DNA from: an uncultured Eubacteriales bacterium | GTDB taxonomy: Bacteria; Bacillota; Clostridia; Christensenellales; CAG-917 | NCBI GenBank assembly: GCA_900551145.1 | Contig: URUQ01000001.1 | Span: 1-46,796, forward strand | DNA: 46,796 nt | Direction of reading: 5' to 3' | Shown: positions 8,265 through 15,762 of the stretch, one piece after another | How positions within the stretch are numbered: position 1 is the first letter of the stretch | Layout of the letters: the number at the start of each line of letters is the position of its first letter | Made by a program: the position numbers and the translations under genes | Notes under the pieces: model-generated | What the model saw: only the letters and a program-made list of their open reading frames with translations | Database searches by the model: none | Told to the model about the DNA's origin: nothing

Positions 8265-9179
8265 ATGACTTTTGCGCAATTTTTGTTTGTAGCAATCGAC
8301 AAAATGTTCGACAGATCGCAAAACAACAAGAAGATGCTCCGCTTCAAAGACGTGAAGTTCGAGATCGAAACAGACATCGCATACGACAATGACGATGCTT
8401 GCAAGCTCGACACTTATTATGTCAAAAAAGACGGAAACGAAAAATATCCCGTGTTCTTCTACATTCACGGCGGCGGATTTGTGGCAGGCGACAAGCACTA
8501 CCGCAGAGGTCTTGCCAAATGGGCTGCAAACAAAGGCTTCTTCGTGGTCAACGTCAACTACGGTCTCGGCCCGAAATATCTTTTCCCGAAGGGATTGCAA
8601 CATCTCGTATCCGCTCTCAACTGGGTTGGCGCAAATGCGGAAAAATACAATCTCGACCTTGACAATATGTGTGTGTCGGGAGACTCTGCCGGCGGTTACT
8701 ATGCCGCAATGCTTTCTTGCGTGTCTACCAACAAGGTTCTTCAAGACAAATTCGGCGTAAGCACGGATTTGAAGTTCCGCACGGCTATGCTCGACTGCGG
8801 TATCTACGACATCGGTGAAGCACTCGGACAAAAAATGCCATTCAATCTCACGGACAAGGTTTTGTACGATTTCAGCGGTGTGCACGTAAAAGAACTCGAC
8901 AAGTACGAATATACCGACTATCTTGCGCCGTTCGGATACGTGGACGATAACTTCCCGATTTCCTTCATCACGTATGCGGAAAAGGATATGTTCTGCAAAG
9001 GTCAAGGACAAAAACTCGTCAAAAAACTTCAAGACCTCGGCGTACACGTAGAGGAACATCACAGCACAAAGTTTACTGACAATCACTGCTATCCTCTCAA
9101 TTGGAATAAGGGCGCGGCAATCGAAAACATCAAGCTTTGCGACGACTTCCTTGCAAGAGTGGTTGCAAAAGAAGTGTAA
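8265..9179 (+). CDS. Alpha/beta-hydrolase, hormone-sensitive-lipase-like (family IV) carboxylesterase
   Basis: The protein carries the oxyanion-hole motif HGGGF (FFYIHGGGFVAGD) and the nucleophile elbow G-D-S-A-G (VSGDSAGGYYAA). It is 304 aa. Confidence 0.8.
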   Translation: MTFAQFLFVAIDKMFDRSQNNKKMLRFKDVKFEIETDIAYDNDDACKLDTYYVKKDGNEKYPVFFYIHGGGFVAGDKHYRRGLAKWAANKGFFVVNVNYGLGPKYLFPKGLQHLVSALNWVGANAEKYNLDLDNMCVSGDSAGGYYAAMLSCVSTNKVLQDKFGVSTDLKFRTAMLDCGIYDIGEALGQKMPFNLTDKVLYDFSGVHVKELDKYEYTDYLAPFGYVDDNFPISFITYAEKDMFCKGQGQKLVKKLQDLGVHVEEHHSTKFTDNHCYPLNWNKGAAIENIKLCDDFLARVVAKEV

Positions 9180-9201
9180 AATAAAAAGTAAGATTTTGAG
9201 G

Positions 9202-9229
9202 CCTGCCCCAAACGGGCAGGTCGTTTTTT
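9202..9229 (+). terminator. Intrinsic terminator after the esterase gene
   Basis: CCTGCCC-caaac-GGGCAGG is followed by TCGTTTTTT. Confidence 0.6.
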
Positions 9230-9240
9230 AGGAGAAGTAT

Positions 9241-9879
9241 ATGACAAAAGCAAAATTTACCCCAAAATCTGCGCTTGTGGACGAGAAAGGTATACCCGGC
9301 GACTACACGAGCGAGCAAGTGGGAAAAGCCACTGCCGAAGTCATCGCGGAAGAGGAGAACAATAAGCTCACGACGTTCCAAAAAATCGACGTCGTTTGGA
9401 CTGTTATTTCCACCCTTTACGCAATCGCGTCCGTTTGCACGTTCGTTGCAAAAAAGTGGGTTGACAGCGTTTATACATATGCTCTCATACCTATGCTTGC
9501 GGTGTTCGTGGGCGTGTTTATCGCACTCGTGGTGCTCACCGTCAAAGACCCCAAGAAACTAAAAACCAATGTCAAAACGTACAAGAAAGTTTTGGCAATA
9601 TTCAAAGCGTTCGTCAACGTTTTCTTCCTTGCGCTCACCGCGGTGTCTATGGTGGGTATCGCAACGGGAAAACCGGACCTCGTCAAATGGATTGTGTTCG
9701 GTTTTACATTCTTCGTAGCGCTCGTGCAACTATCTTTGAAGATTGCAAAATTTGCAATGAGGTGTGCAAAAAATAGCCTTTCCAAAAAGTTCAAAGTGGA
9801 AATGCACAATTTTAAAGACGGCGTAAAAAAGAAGAAAACTTCATCGGATAAAATCAAAGAAAACTCGTATAACGAATAA
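9241..9879 (+). CDS. Small membrane protein (about 4 TM helices, Lys-rich tail); function unknown
   Basis: A TAGGAGAAG RBS precedes the start. The protein has hydrophobic helices separated by short basic loops. I recognise no motif. Confidence 0.5.
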   Translation: MTKAKFTPKSALVDEKGIPGDYTSEQVGKATAEVIAEEENNKLTTFQKIDVVWTVISTLYAIASVCTFVAKKWVDSVYTYALIPMLAVFVGVFIALVVLTVKDPKKLKTNVKTYKKVLAIFKAFVNVFFLALTAVSMVGIATGKPDLVKWIVFGFTFFVALVQLSLKIAKFAMRCAKNSLSKKFKVEMHNFKDGVKKKKTSSDKIKENSYNE

Positions 9880-9979
9880 GACGTAAAACGCACAAAATTG
9901 CATAAAAAACACTTTACAAATGCAAAAAGCATATATAAACTGTGCGTTGTGCAAATATAAGCCTAAACAAAAACAAACG

Positions 9980-10006
9980 AAAACCGCTTGATTCGAGCGG
10001 TTTTTT
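9980..10006 (+). terminator. Intrinsic terminator
   Basis: AAAACCGCT-tgattcg-AGCGGTTTT is followed by TTC. Confidence 0.6.
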
Positions 10007-10220
10007 CTATGTTTTTCAATAGAGTTATAGTGGATATTTCCACCGTGATTTTCGTTTTGAGATTCTTTCAAAACTAGTGCTTTCGCAAGTGCCGGAAACG
10101 CGCGCCGTTTTCACATACTTTTCGTTTGATAATCGTTTCACTTGATTTTGTGGCGTTTGTGTGTTAATTTAATATAATAAACGATTATGTGAGGCTTTGC
10201 CTCACGCAAAGGAATTTGTT

Positions 10221-12167
10221 TTGGCAAAATCTGTTGACAAAAACCTGAAAAAACTGCCTCTCGGCGCAATCAAACCGCAAGGTTGGCTTTATGACGAAAT
10301 GCAACTTATGAACAATCTTCAAAAGAGGTTGGGCGCGCTTTCGGGTTTGGTGAAGGACGGAGAGTGGTGCGGCAGCGAGAGTTTGCCTCGTTTCGTCCGC
10401 GGTATAACTTTGCTTGCTTGCGCTTTGGACGACAAGAACCTCAAGGACAAGGCAAAGAGTTTTGTTATGCCCATTTTGTCAAGTGCCAACGAAGGCGGTG
10501 ATTTCGGCTCAAAAGACTCTCGTTCTTTGACACCGAAAATCGAGGCGGTCAAGGCATTGCTCACCTATTACGAGGCAACGGGTAGCGAGCGCATTTTGCC
10601 GTTTTTGAAAAAGTATTTCAAGAGCCAGTTCAACACGTCGTCGATGTGGGCAAACTGGCACGATTCAAGAGCAAGATTGCTCGAAGAGATAGAGGCAATC
10701 GAGACGGTTTATCGAGAGACGGATTTGGAGTGGCTACAAGACCTCGGAGAAAAGTTGAGAGACCAATCCAACGACTGGTTCAAGCTTGCCGTGCGCTTTC
10801 CGTACAAGAAGCCGTACAACAAGTATATCTCACAACACGCACTTAAACGTATCGATAAGATGGTTTCAACATACGATTCGGTCATACCCGTGTCCAAGCG
10901 TCAAAAGGCGTTCACGGGCGAATTTGCCGATAAGTATTGGCGCAAGGCAGTGCATCAAGTGGCGGTTGAAACGAATGGAGTCAACGTCGCAAAGGCAGTC
11001 AAGTACCCCGCGACGTACGGCAGATTTATAGGTGACGACGCACTCAAAAACTTGTCTCTCAAAATGATTTCCGCACTCGAAAAATATCACGGGACTCCGC
11101 TCGGAGCGTTTGCTTGCGATCCTCGCCTTGCAGGCTCGAAGGGCGTTAGAGGCGTCGACGTGCAAGCGGCGGTGGAATATCTCGACTCTCTCGTGGAAGT
11201 GGTCAAGGAAACAAAAGATTATCGCGCTATGGACTTGATTGAAAGGATAATCTTCAATCTCGTGCCGGGGGCGTGCTTCGAGGATTGCAGTGCGGTGCAA
11301 GACACCGTTTTGATAAATCAAATCGAGGCGTCCGACGCGCGCAGGTTGCCATACTCCGATTGCGACAACGCATTCTATACGAGAAAGTTGTCAAAGGGCG
11401 CAATTGCGGTGCTTTCGGCATATCCGCTGTATATGCAGACCGCGTGTATGGTCAAGGACGACGAACTTAATTTTCTCACCTACACGCCGTGCACTATGGA
11501 CGTTACGGTGGAGGGTACGTCGCTCACGATAAGCGAGCGCACGAGCTATCCCTTCCGCAACACCGTAGTTTTCAAGGTGGAGCAAGCAAGCGCGGAGCAA
11601 GAAGTCAAAATCAATTTCCGCGTACCCAAGAACACCGCTATGCAACTCATATCCGGCGGTCAAGTGGTTGCAAGCGGATCAAGAGAAATATCCGTCAAGT
11701 GCATTCTCAAAACGGGAAGCACGTTTATGCTCAAGATGTCCATACCGCTCGTTGCCGAAGACAACAACGACGGCACGAAGAGCCTTTTTAAGGGGAATTT
11801 GCTTATGTCGCTCAAACTTCCCTGCGAGGTTACTCAAAACGCGACGGATAGGCGTATACTCAGCGTAAAATCGTTGAAGAAGTGGAATATTTCACCGATA
11901 TTTGCAAGAAAGTCGGGCGGGCGCGCGCTTGCGGAAGAGGAAATTACCGTGGTCAACGACATTACGGACAGGCCGTTTGCCTTTGACAATCCGCCGTTTG
12001 AGCTCAAAATCCGCTCCAAGACGGTGTTCAACTGGGATTATGACGTAAACGGATTTACGCAAATTCCCAAAAAATGCAGTTACTCGGAAGAGTGTATTGA
12101 AAGGACTTTTCAACCTTTCGGCACGACGACGTTGCATATGGCAAAATTTCCCAAATGCTATAAGTGA
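10221..12167 (+). CDS. Soluble 648-656-aa protein, tentatively GH127/DUF1680-like (six-hairpin glycosidase-like)
   Basis: The ORF is open from TTG 10197, but that codon sits in the loop of a hairpin (10189-10205). The in-frame TTG at 10221 has an AAGGAA RBS 7 nt upstream, so I prefer it. The family call rests only on by-eye resemblance: an N-terminal IKPQGWL motif, KYHGTPLGAF...DLIERIIFN, and a C-terminal beta-sandwich-like stretch SYPFRNTVVFKV...INFRVPKN. Treat the function as unverified. Confidence 0.4.
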   Translation: MAKSVDKNLKKLPLGAIKPQGWLYDEMQLMNNLQKRLGALSGLVKDGEWCGSESLPRFVRGITLLACALDDKNLKDKAKSFVMPILSSANEGGDFGSKDSRSLTPKIEAVKALLTYYEATGSERILPFLKKYFKSQFNTSSMWANWHDSRARLLEEIEAIETVYRETDLEWLQDLGEKLRDQSNDWFKLAVRFPYKKPYNKYISQHALKRIDKMVSTYDSVIPVSKRQKAFTGEFADKYWRKAVHQVAVETNGVNVAKAVKYPATYGRFIGDDALKNLSLKMISALEKYHGTPLGAFACDPRLAGSKGVRGVDVQAAVEYLDSLVEVVKETKDYRAMDLIERIIFNLVPGACFEDCSAVQDTVLINQIEASDARRLPYSDCDNAFYTRKLSKGAIAVLSAYPLYMQTACMVKDDELNFLTYTPCTMDVTVEGTSLTISERTSYPFRNTVVFKVEQASAEQEVKINFRVPKNTAMQLISGGQVVASGSREISVKCILKTGSTFMLKMSIPLVAEDNNDGTKSLFKGNLLMSLKLPCEVTQNATDRRILSVKSLKKWNISPIFARKSGGRALAEEEITVVNDITDRPFAFDNPPFELKIRSKTVFNWDYDVNGFTQIPKKCSYSEECIERTFQPFGTTTLHMAKFPKCYK

Positions 12168-12178
12168 GAGGTGAACGT

Positions 12179-12736
12179 ATGAAAGCACTCGAAAGAAAGT
12201 ATTCAAGAACAGAAAGGATAGTGGCAAAGGGCAAGTTTTCCGCATGGGTATTTGTGCGCACGGTTTTGCTCGCAGTGATTTTGGGCGGACTTATCGCTGT
12301 CGTGTGGATTTTCAAGGACCAAATCGAAGGATTTTTCACCAAAGCCGAACACGCACAATATCTCACCGATACTGTTATGAAATACGTTTTGCTCGGTGCG
12401 GGTGTTATAGTGCTTATAAGCCTCTTGATACAAACTATCAACCTCAACGCAAGAGAGTTGTTGCTTACCGAGGATAAGGTGATATATTGCGAGGGCGCGT
12501 TGAGCGTAAAGACGACGGTCATTCCGCTTGGCGAAATCAAGCTTGTTGAAACCAAACAAAACTTCTTCCAACGTCTTGTGGGCGTGTGCGATATGCTCAT
12601 CGTATCGGATGCCGTGCAACCGTATGTCATCAAGAATATTAAGGGGGCGGACAGACTTGCTCGAAGAATTATGAGGCAAATCTCCGAAGTGCGCAAAGAC
12701 TCGTCAAGACGTGCGCAAGTGCGTCTTGTGGGGTAA
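12179..12736 (+). CDS. bPH_2 (YdbT/DUF304-like) bacterial PH-domain membrane protein
   Basis: ATG 12179 is preceded by GAGGTGA, which overlaps the stop of the upstream gene. Two TM helices are followed by LLLTEDKVIYCEGALSVKTTVIPLGEIKLVETKQNFFQRLVGVCDMLIVS, the usual bPH_2 pattern. Confidence 0.6.
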   Translation: MKALERKYSRTERIVAKGKFSAWVFVRTVLLAVILGGLIAVVWIFKDQIEGFFTKAEHAQYLTDTVMKYVLLGAGVIVLISLLIQTINLNARELLLTEDKVIYCEGALSVKTTVIPLGEIKLVETKQNFFQRLVGVCDMLIVSDAVQPYVIKNIKGADRLARRIMRQISEVRKDSSRRAQVRLVG

Positions 12737-12761
12737 AATATACACAATGGGGGAGTATAAA

Positions 12762-13922
12762 ATGCAAATTGAAATGTACAAACTAAATGACATTGCGCAA
12801 GCCGTGAGCGACTTGGGCGCACCGTGTGCGGGCGTATCTTACGACATAACCCCGAACACAATTATATATCACTTTAATTTACTATCGATAAAAGACCTGC
12901 CGAAAATCAAAAAGATTGCGGGCTTGCTTTCTGCGGTAGTACACGAACAAGTCGAACAAGCAACAAGCAACAAAGGACATTTTGCGCTTGTCTTTCTACG
13001 CTCGGAGCGTGAAATAATCGACTTTACACAAGCATATTTTGCGGCGCAATTAAAGCCGTTAGAAGCGATTATCGGAGTAGACAACAACGGACAATATATT
13101 AAACTATCCGTTGACGATATGGTGTCTGCACTTTGCGTGGGTACATCGGGAAGCGGTAAATCAACCTTTCTGCACACTTTTATAAATTCGCTTTGCTGTT
13201 CAACAAGCGGTGACAAACTCGGCTTTGTGCTTATCGACTGCAAGCGTTCCGAACTCGTGCGTTATGACTTGAAAAACGCACATCTGCTTTGTAAAACTTG
13301 CACCACACCAAAGACGGCAAACGGCTATTTGCGCTCGATTGTAAACATAATGCAAGATAGATATAAACAAATGGAGCAAAGGGGCATAAACACTTGCCCT
13401 GACGATTTCAAGCGCATTGTTATTATCGTGGACGAACTTGCCGAACTTATGCTATCGGCGGACAAGACGGAAGCGCAAGATGCCAAAACGATGTTGATAA
13501 GGCTTTGCCAACTTGGGCGTGCCTGCGGTATACATTGCTTGCTTTGTACACAATCCCCCCGTGTGGCTGTCGTGGACGGTATGATACAAACAAACACGCC
13601 GACAAAGTTTGCTTTGCGCACATCAAATGCCCGTGAGAGTGTTATTGCAATCGGACACGGCGGTTGTGAAAACTTGCTCGGTCGTGGTGATATGCTTTAC
13701 AAGCCTGCGGACGACGTGCGGGAAATTCGCTTACAAGTGCCGTATATCTCGGCGGAAACAATCAACACAATTTACGAAAAGTTACCGCCACGCAAATGGG
13801 AAGAACCGAAAAAAGACCTGCCAAAGAAGAAACCGACACTTTCGGAGCGTATAAAAGCGTTTTTCTCGGACAAGCCTATAACAACGCAAGATTGTATAGA
13901 TTATGATTTGATGGATAAATAA
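12762..13922 (+). CDS. FtsK/SpoIIIE-family ATPase, motor (alpha/beta) domain only; no TM region and no gamma domain
   Basis: ATG 12762 is preceded by GGGGAG. The protein has Walker A VGTSGSGKST, Walker B IIVDELAEL, and downstream LGRACGIHCLLCTQSP and RTSNARES motifs typical of FtsK motors. It is 386 aa. Confidence 0.75.
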   Translation: MQIEMYKLNDIAQAVSDLGAPCAGVSYDITPNTIIYHFNLLSIKDLPKIKKIAGLLSAVVHEQVEQATSNKGHFALVFLRSEREIIDFTQAYFAAQLKPLEAIIGVDNNGQYIKLSVDDMVSALCVGTSGSGKSTFLHTFINSLCCSTSGDKLGFVLIDCKRSELVRYDLKNAHLLCKTCTTPKTANGYLRSIVNIMQDRYKQMEQRGINTCPDDFKRIVIIVDELAELMLSADKTEAQDAKTMLIRLCQLGRACGIHCLLCTQSPRVAVVDGMIQTNTPTKFALRTSNARESVIAIGHGGCENLLGRGDMLYKPADDVREIRLQVPYISAETINTIYEKLPPRKWEEPKKDLPKKKPTLSERIKAFFSDKPITTQDCIDYDLMDK

Positions 13923-13980
13923 GACAATTTTCCTTACCGTTGAAATTTTAGAGTGAATTGTCGAAAATTAGCAATAAAAC

Positions 13981-14028
13981 AGGGTTTATCGGTGCGAAAC
14001 GCATAGATAAACCCTTGTTTTGTTTTAT
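13981..14028. terminator. Intrinsic terminator shared by convergent genes
   Basis: AGGGTTTATC-(15-nt loop containing the inner stem TGCG/CGCA)-GATAAACCCT is followed by TGTTTTGTTTT, with an A-rich stretch on the other side. Confidence 0.6.
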
Positions 14029-14055
14029 AAAACGTTATTAACGATTTGTTTTTTA

Positions 14056-15186
14056 TCAAAAACCAAAGTTGCCGGGGGTTATGAACAGTCCCGTTATAAG
14101 CGAGAGAATAACGGCAAGCAATACCACGTGTATGACGTAAATTATAAGCGCGTGACGACCTAAGAAACATACGACTTTTTGTGCGCTCGTCGCGACCGCC
14201 CTGACGACTTTTTGCGTGCCGAGAAGCGTCGTGAGCGTGAGCGACGAGAAGTCGCGCAAAGACTTCTTTTCGCTTCGAGTGCCAACCGTCAATGCGTCGC
14301 AAGTCTTTGTGAAAACGTATTTGGTGAGTGTAAACCGGAAGAGCGACATTCTTTCGTAATAGAAGAGTTCCCCTATAAGCACACCCGCAAAATAGAATGC
14401 CGTATACGGTATCATCGTAAACAAGTCGCCGGGAGAAAATTCGCTTTGCGTATAGAACAAAGACGGATTGCCGTAGAAGTCGCGAGGCGGGAAGATTATT
14501 GCAAAAATTTTGGGCGTGTCCATTGGCGGAGTGTATAGGAAGTATAGACAAAGCGTAACCGCGATAAGCGCGACGCTTACGCCCGCAATGCCCCAGCGAT
14601 TGTCTTTGCAAACAAAGGACACGAGCGCATACAAAAGCATTGAAACCGCAAGGAAATCAAGCACGCCGAACGCAACGAAAACACCGCTTATACCAATATA
14701 CTCTTGCGCGACGTACGAGCCGAGAGTGTAGAGAAGAGCAATCGCGCCGAGGATAAATCCGCGCTTGGCGTTGTTGCGAGAAAACGTGCAAGAAATGCCC
14801 GATATCGAGAAGAAAACAAACAGTACGATGGGGTGAACAATATCCCTTGCGTCGCTCCATATCCAATTGTGGCAGAAAACGGTGAAGGCGTCCCCGACTC
14901 CTTTTTTAGCAAAACCCCAACCATACCAAGTCGGTCCGAAAAAATCGGATAGCAAAAGCGCGAGGTGGTCGAGCACCATCAAAATGACGCAAACGCCTCG
15001 TAGGAAGTCTATTTCCCACACGCGTTGGCGTTTTCTTTTTTTCACCAAAGTCACGACTGTTTTATCGGTGACGAGAGGGTTGGTCGCAGCATAGGTTTTT
15101 TGTACGCGTCGACGCGCCCAATCCTTTACCTTAACTATGGCCGTGTCTTTGGTGACAAGCGGACTTTTTTCGTACGAATTTTGCAT
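14056..15186 (-). CDS. DUF1624 / HGSNAT-like integral-membrane acyltransferase
   Basis: The signature RVWEIDFLRGVCVILMVLDH is followed by about 9 hydrophobic helices. I place the start at ATG 15186. The TTG at 15222 in the ORF track is the -35 box of its own candidate promoter. Confidence 0.65.
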   Translation of the reverse strand: MQNSYEKSPLVTKDTAIVKVKDWARRRVQKTYAATNPLVTDKTVVTLVKKRKRQRVWEIDFLRGVCVILMVLDHLALLLSDFFGPTWYGWGFAKKGVGDAFTVFCHNWIWSDARDIVHPIVLFVFFSISGISCTFSRNNAKRGFILGAIALLYTLGSYVAQEYIGISGVFVAFGVLDFLAVSMLLYALVSFVCKDNRWGIAGVSVALIAVTLCLYFLYTPPMDTPKIFAIIFPPRDFYGNPSLFYTQSEFSPGDLFTMIPYTAFYFAGVLIGELFYYERMSLFRFTLTKYVFTKTCDALTVGTRSEKKSLRDFSSLTLTTLLGTQKVVRAVATSAQKVVCFLGRHALIIYVIHVVLLAVILSLITGLFITPGNFGF

Positions 15187-15193
15187 ATTGAAG

Positions 15194-15222
15194 ATTTTAT
15201 CATACAATCGGCACACTGTCAA
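15194..15222 (-). promoter_or_regulatory. Sigma-A promoter (TTGACA - 17 nt - TGaTAAAAT) lying 7 nt upstream of ATG 15186; possible leaderless mRNA
   Basis: The minus strand reads TTGACAgtgtgccgattgtaTGaTAAAATcttcaatATG. The -35 is at 15222-15217 and the -10 at 15199-15194. Confidence 0.5.
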
Positions 15223-15441
15223 ACGACAGACGATTATCGAAAACGGTTATAGGGAAACAACGCAATAGAATATCGATAAAACAAAAATTTTATGCGAAAA
15301 CCGTCGAAAAATCGAAGTAAATAAGATTTGCCGTAAAATAATTTTTTTCAAGATATCTAACGGCGTTTAACTAGTCGTAAAAAATTGTAAAATTATGTCA
15401 AAATATAGCGTTAGAATATTGAAAAGCCGACAATTTGGTGA

Positions 15442-15466
15442 GATTTTGTCAAAAACGGACAAAATC
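15442..15466. promoter_or_regulatory. Perfect 9-bp inverted repeat (GATTTTGTC-n7-GACAAAATC) in the divergent intergenic region
   Basis: Read directly from the sequence. It lies in the AT-rich 380-bp spacer between the two divergent promoters. Confidence 0.3.
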
Positions 15467-15577
15467 GCAAAAAATTATTGTTTTTTGAGCCGTTGCCATC
15501 AAGTTTTAATACTTTTTTAGGACAAAAACGCAAGTTATTGTGGACCGAATACGCTCGCACCACAAGGTATAGGTCGG

Positions 15578-15597
15578 AGATATCTAAAAAGATATCT
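15578..15597. promoter_or_regulatory. Two copies of the 8-bp palindrome AGATATCT, 12 bp apart and abutting the -35 box of the giant gene; a third copy lies at 15351-15358
   Basis: AGATATCT occurs at 15578-15585 and 15590-15597, and TTGACA starts at 15599. A third exact copy is at 15351-15358. This is a candidate operator. Confidence 0.35.
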
Positions 15598-15598
15598 A

Positions 15599-15627
15599 TT
15601 GACAAAAGCGTGCGAAAATCGTATAAT
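15599..15627 (+). promoter_or_regulatory. Perfect consensus sigma-A promoter of the giant gene (TTGACA - 17 nt - TATAAT)
   Basis: TTGACA lies at 15599-15604, followed by a 17-nt spacer and TATAAT at 15622-15627. It is about 60 nt upstream of the ATG at 15688. Confidence 0.7.
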
Positions 15628-15650
15628 TGTCACGTATAATAATCTATCGT

Positions 15651-15672
15651 GCATACGCAAGTGAGCGTGTGC
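15651..15672 (+). promoter_or_regulatory. 5' UTR stem-loop immediately upstream of the RBS (possible 5' mRNA stabiliser)
   Basis: GCATACGC-aagtga-GCGTGTGC forms 8 bp including one G-U pair. The GGAGGA RBS is at 15677-15682. Confidence 0.35.
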
Positions 15673-15687
15673 CTTCGGAGGAAGATT

Positions 15688-15762
15688 ATGAGAATGAGAA
15701 AGTTATCACTCGTTTTGCTGCTCGTGATGGTCAGTGTTATGCTGTTCGGTCTCGTAGCATGT
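15688..15762 (+). other. SPase-II (lipoprotein) signal peptide with lipobox L-V-A-C
   Basis: The sequence is MRMRK (n-region), LSLVLLLVMVSVMLFG (h-region), LVA|C (lipobox). The Cys codon TGT is at 15760-15762 and is followed by NTSSGDNSTTPVIPTPNPGG, a linker-like stretch. Confidence 0.75.

Noticed and set aside
8226-9086. Minus-strand 286-aa ORF opposite the esterase gene
   Set aside because: It is a codon-aligned shadow. The plus-strand product carries the HGGG and GDSAG motifs.
10189-10205. 7-bp hairpin GTGAGGC-ttt-GCCTCAC overlapping the ORF-track TTG start of the 656-aa gene
   Set aside because: It is too short and isolated to call a regulatory element. I used it only as an argument for preferring the RBS-supported TTG at 10221.
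12762-13922. FtsK-like gene as a marker of an integrated conjugative element or prophage
   Set aside because: No integrase, relaxase, replication, capsid or T4SS genes, and no att-like flanking repeats, are visible within the window. This is not enough to call a mobile element.
13934-14611. 225-aa minus-strand ORF overlapping the DUF1624 gene in another frame
   Set aside because: Its product is Arg-rich and low-complexity, and it overlaps a gene with a clear family signature.
15649-15687. N-terminal extension of the giant ORF (MHTQVSVCLRRKI)
   Set aside because: It would start inside the predicted 5' UTR stem-loop and has no RBS. ATG 15688 sits 5 nt after GGAGGA and begins a canonical lipoprotein signal peptide.
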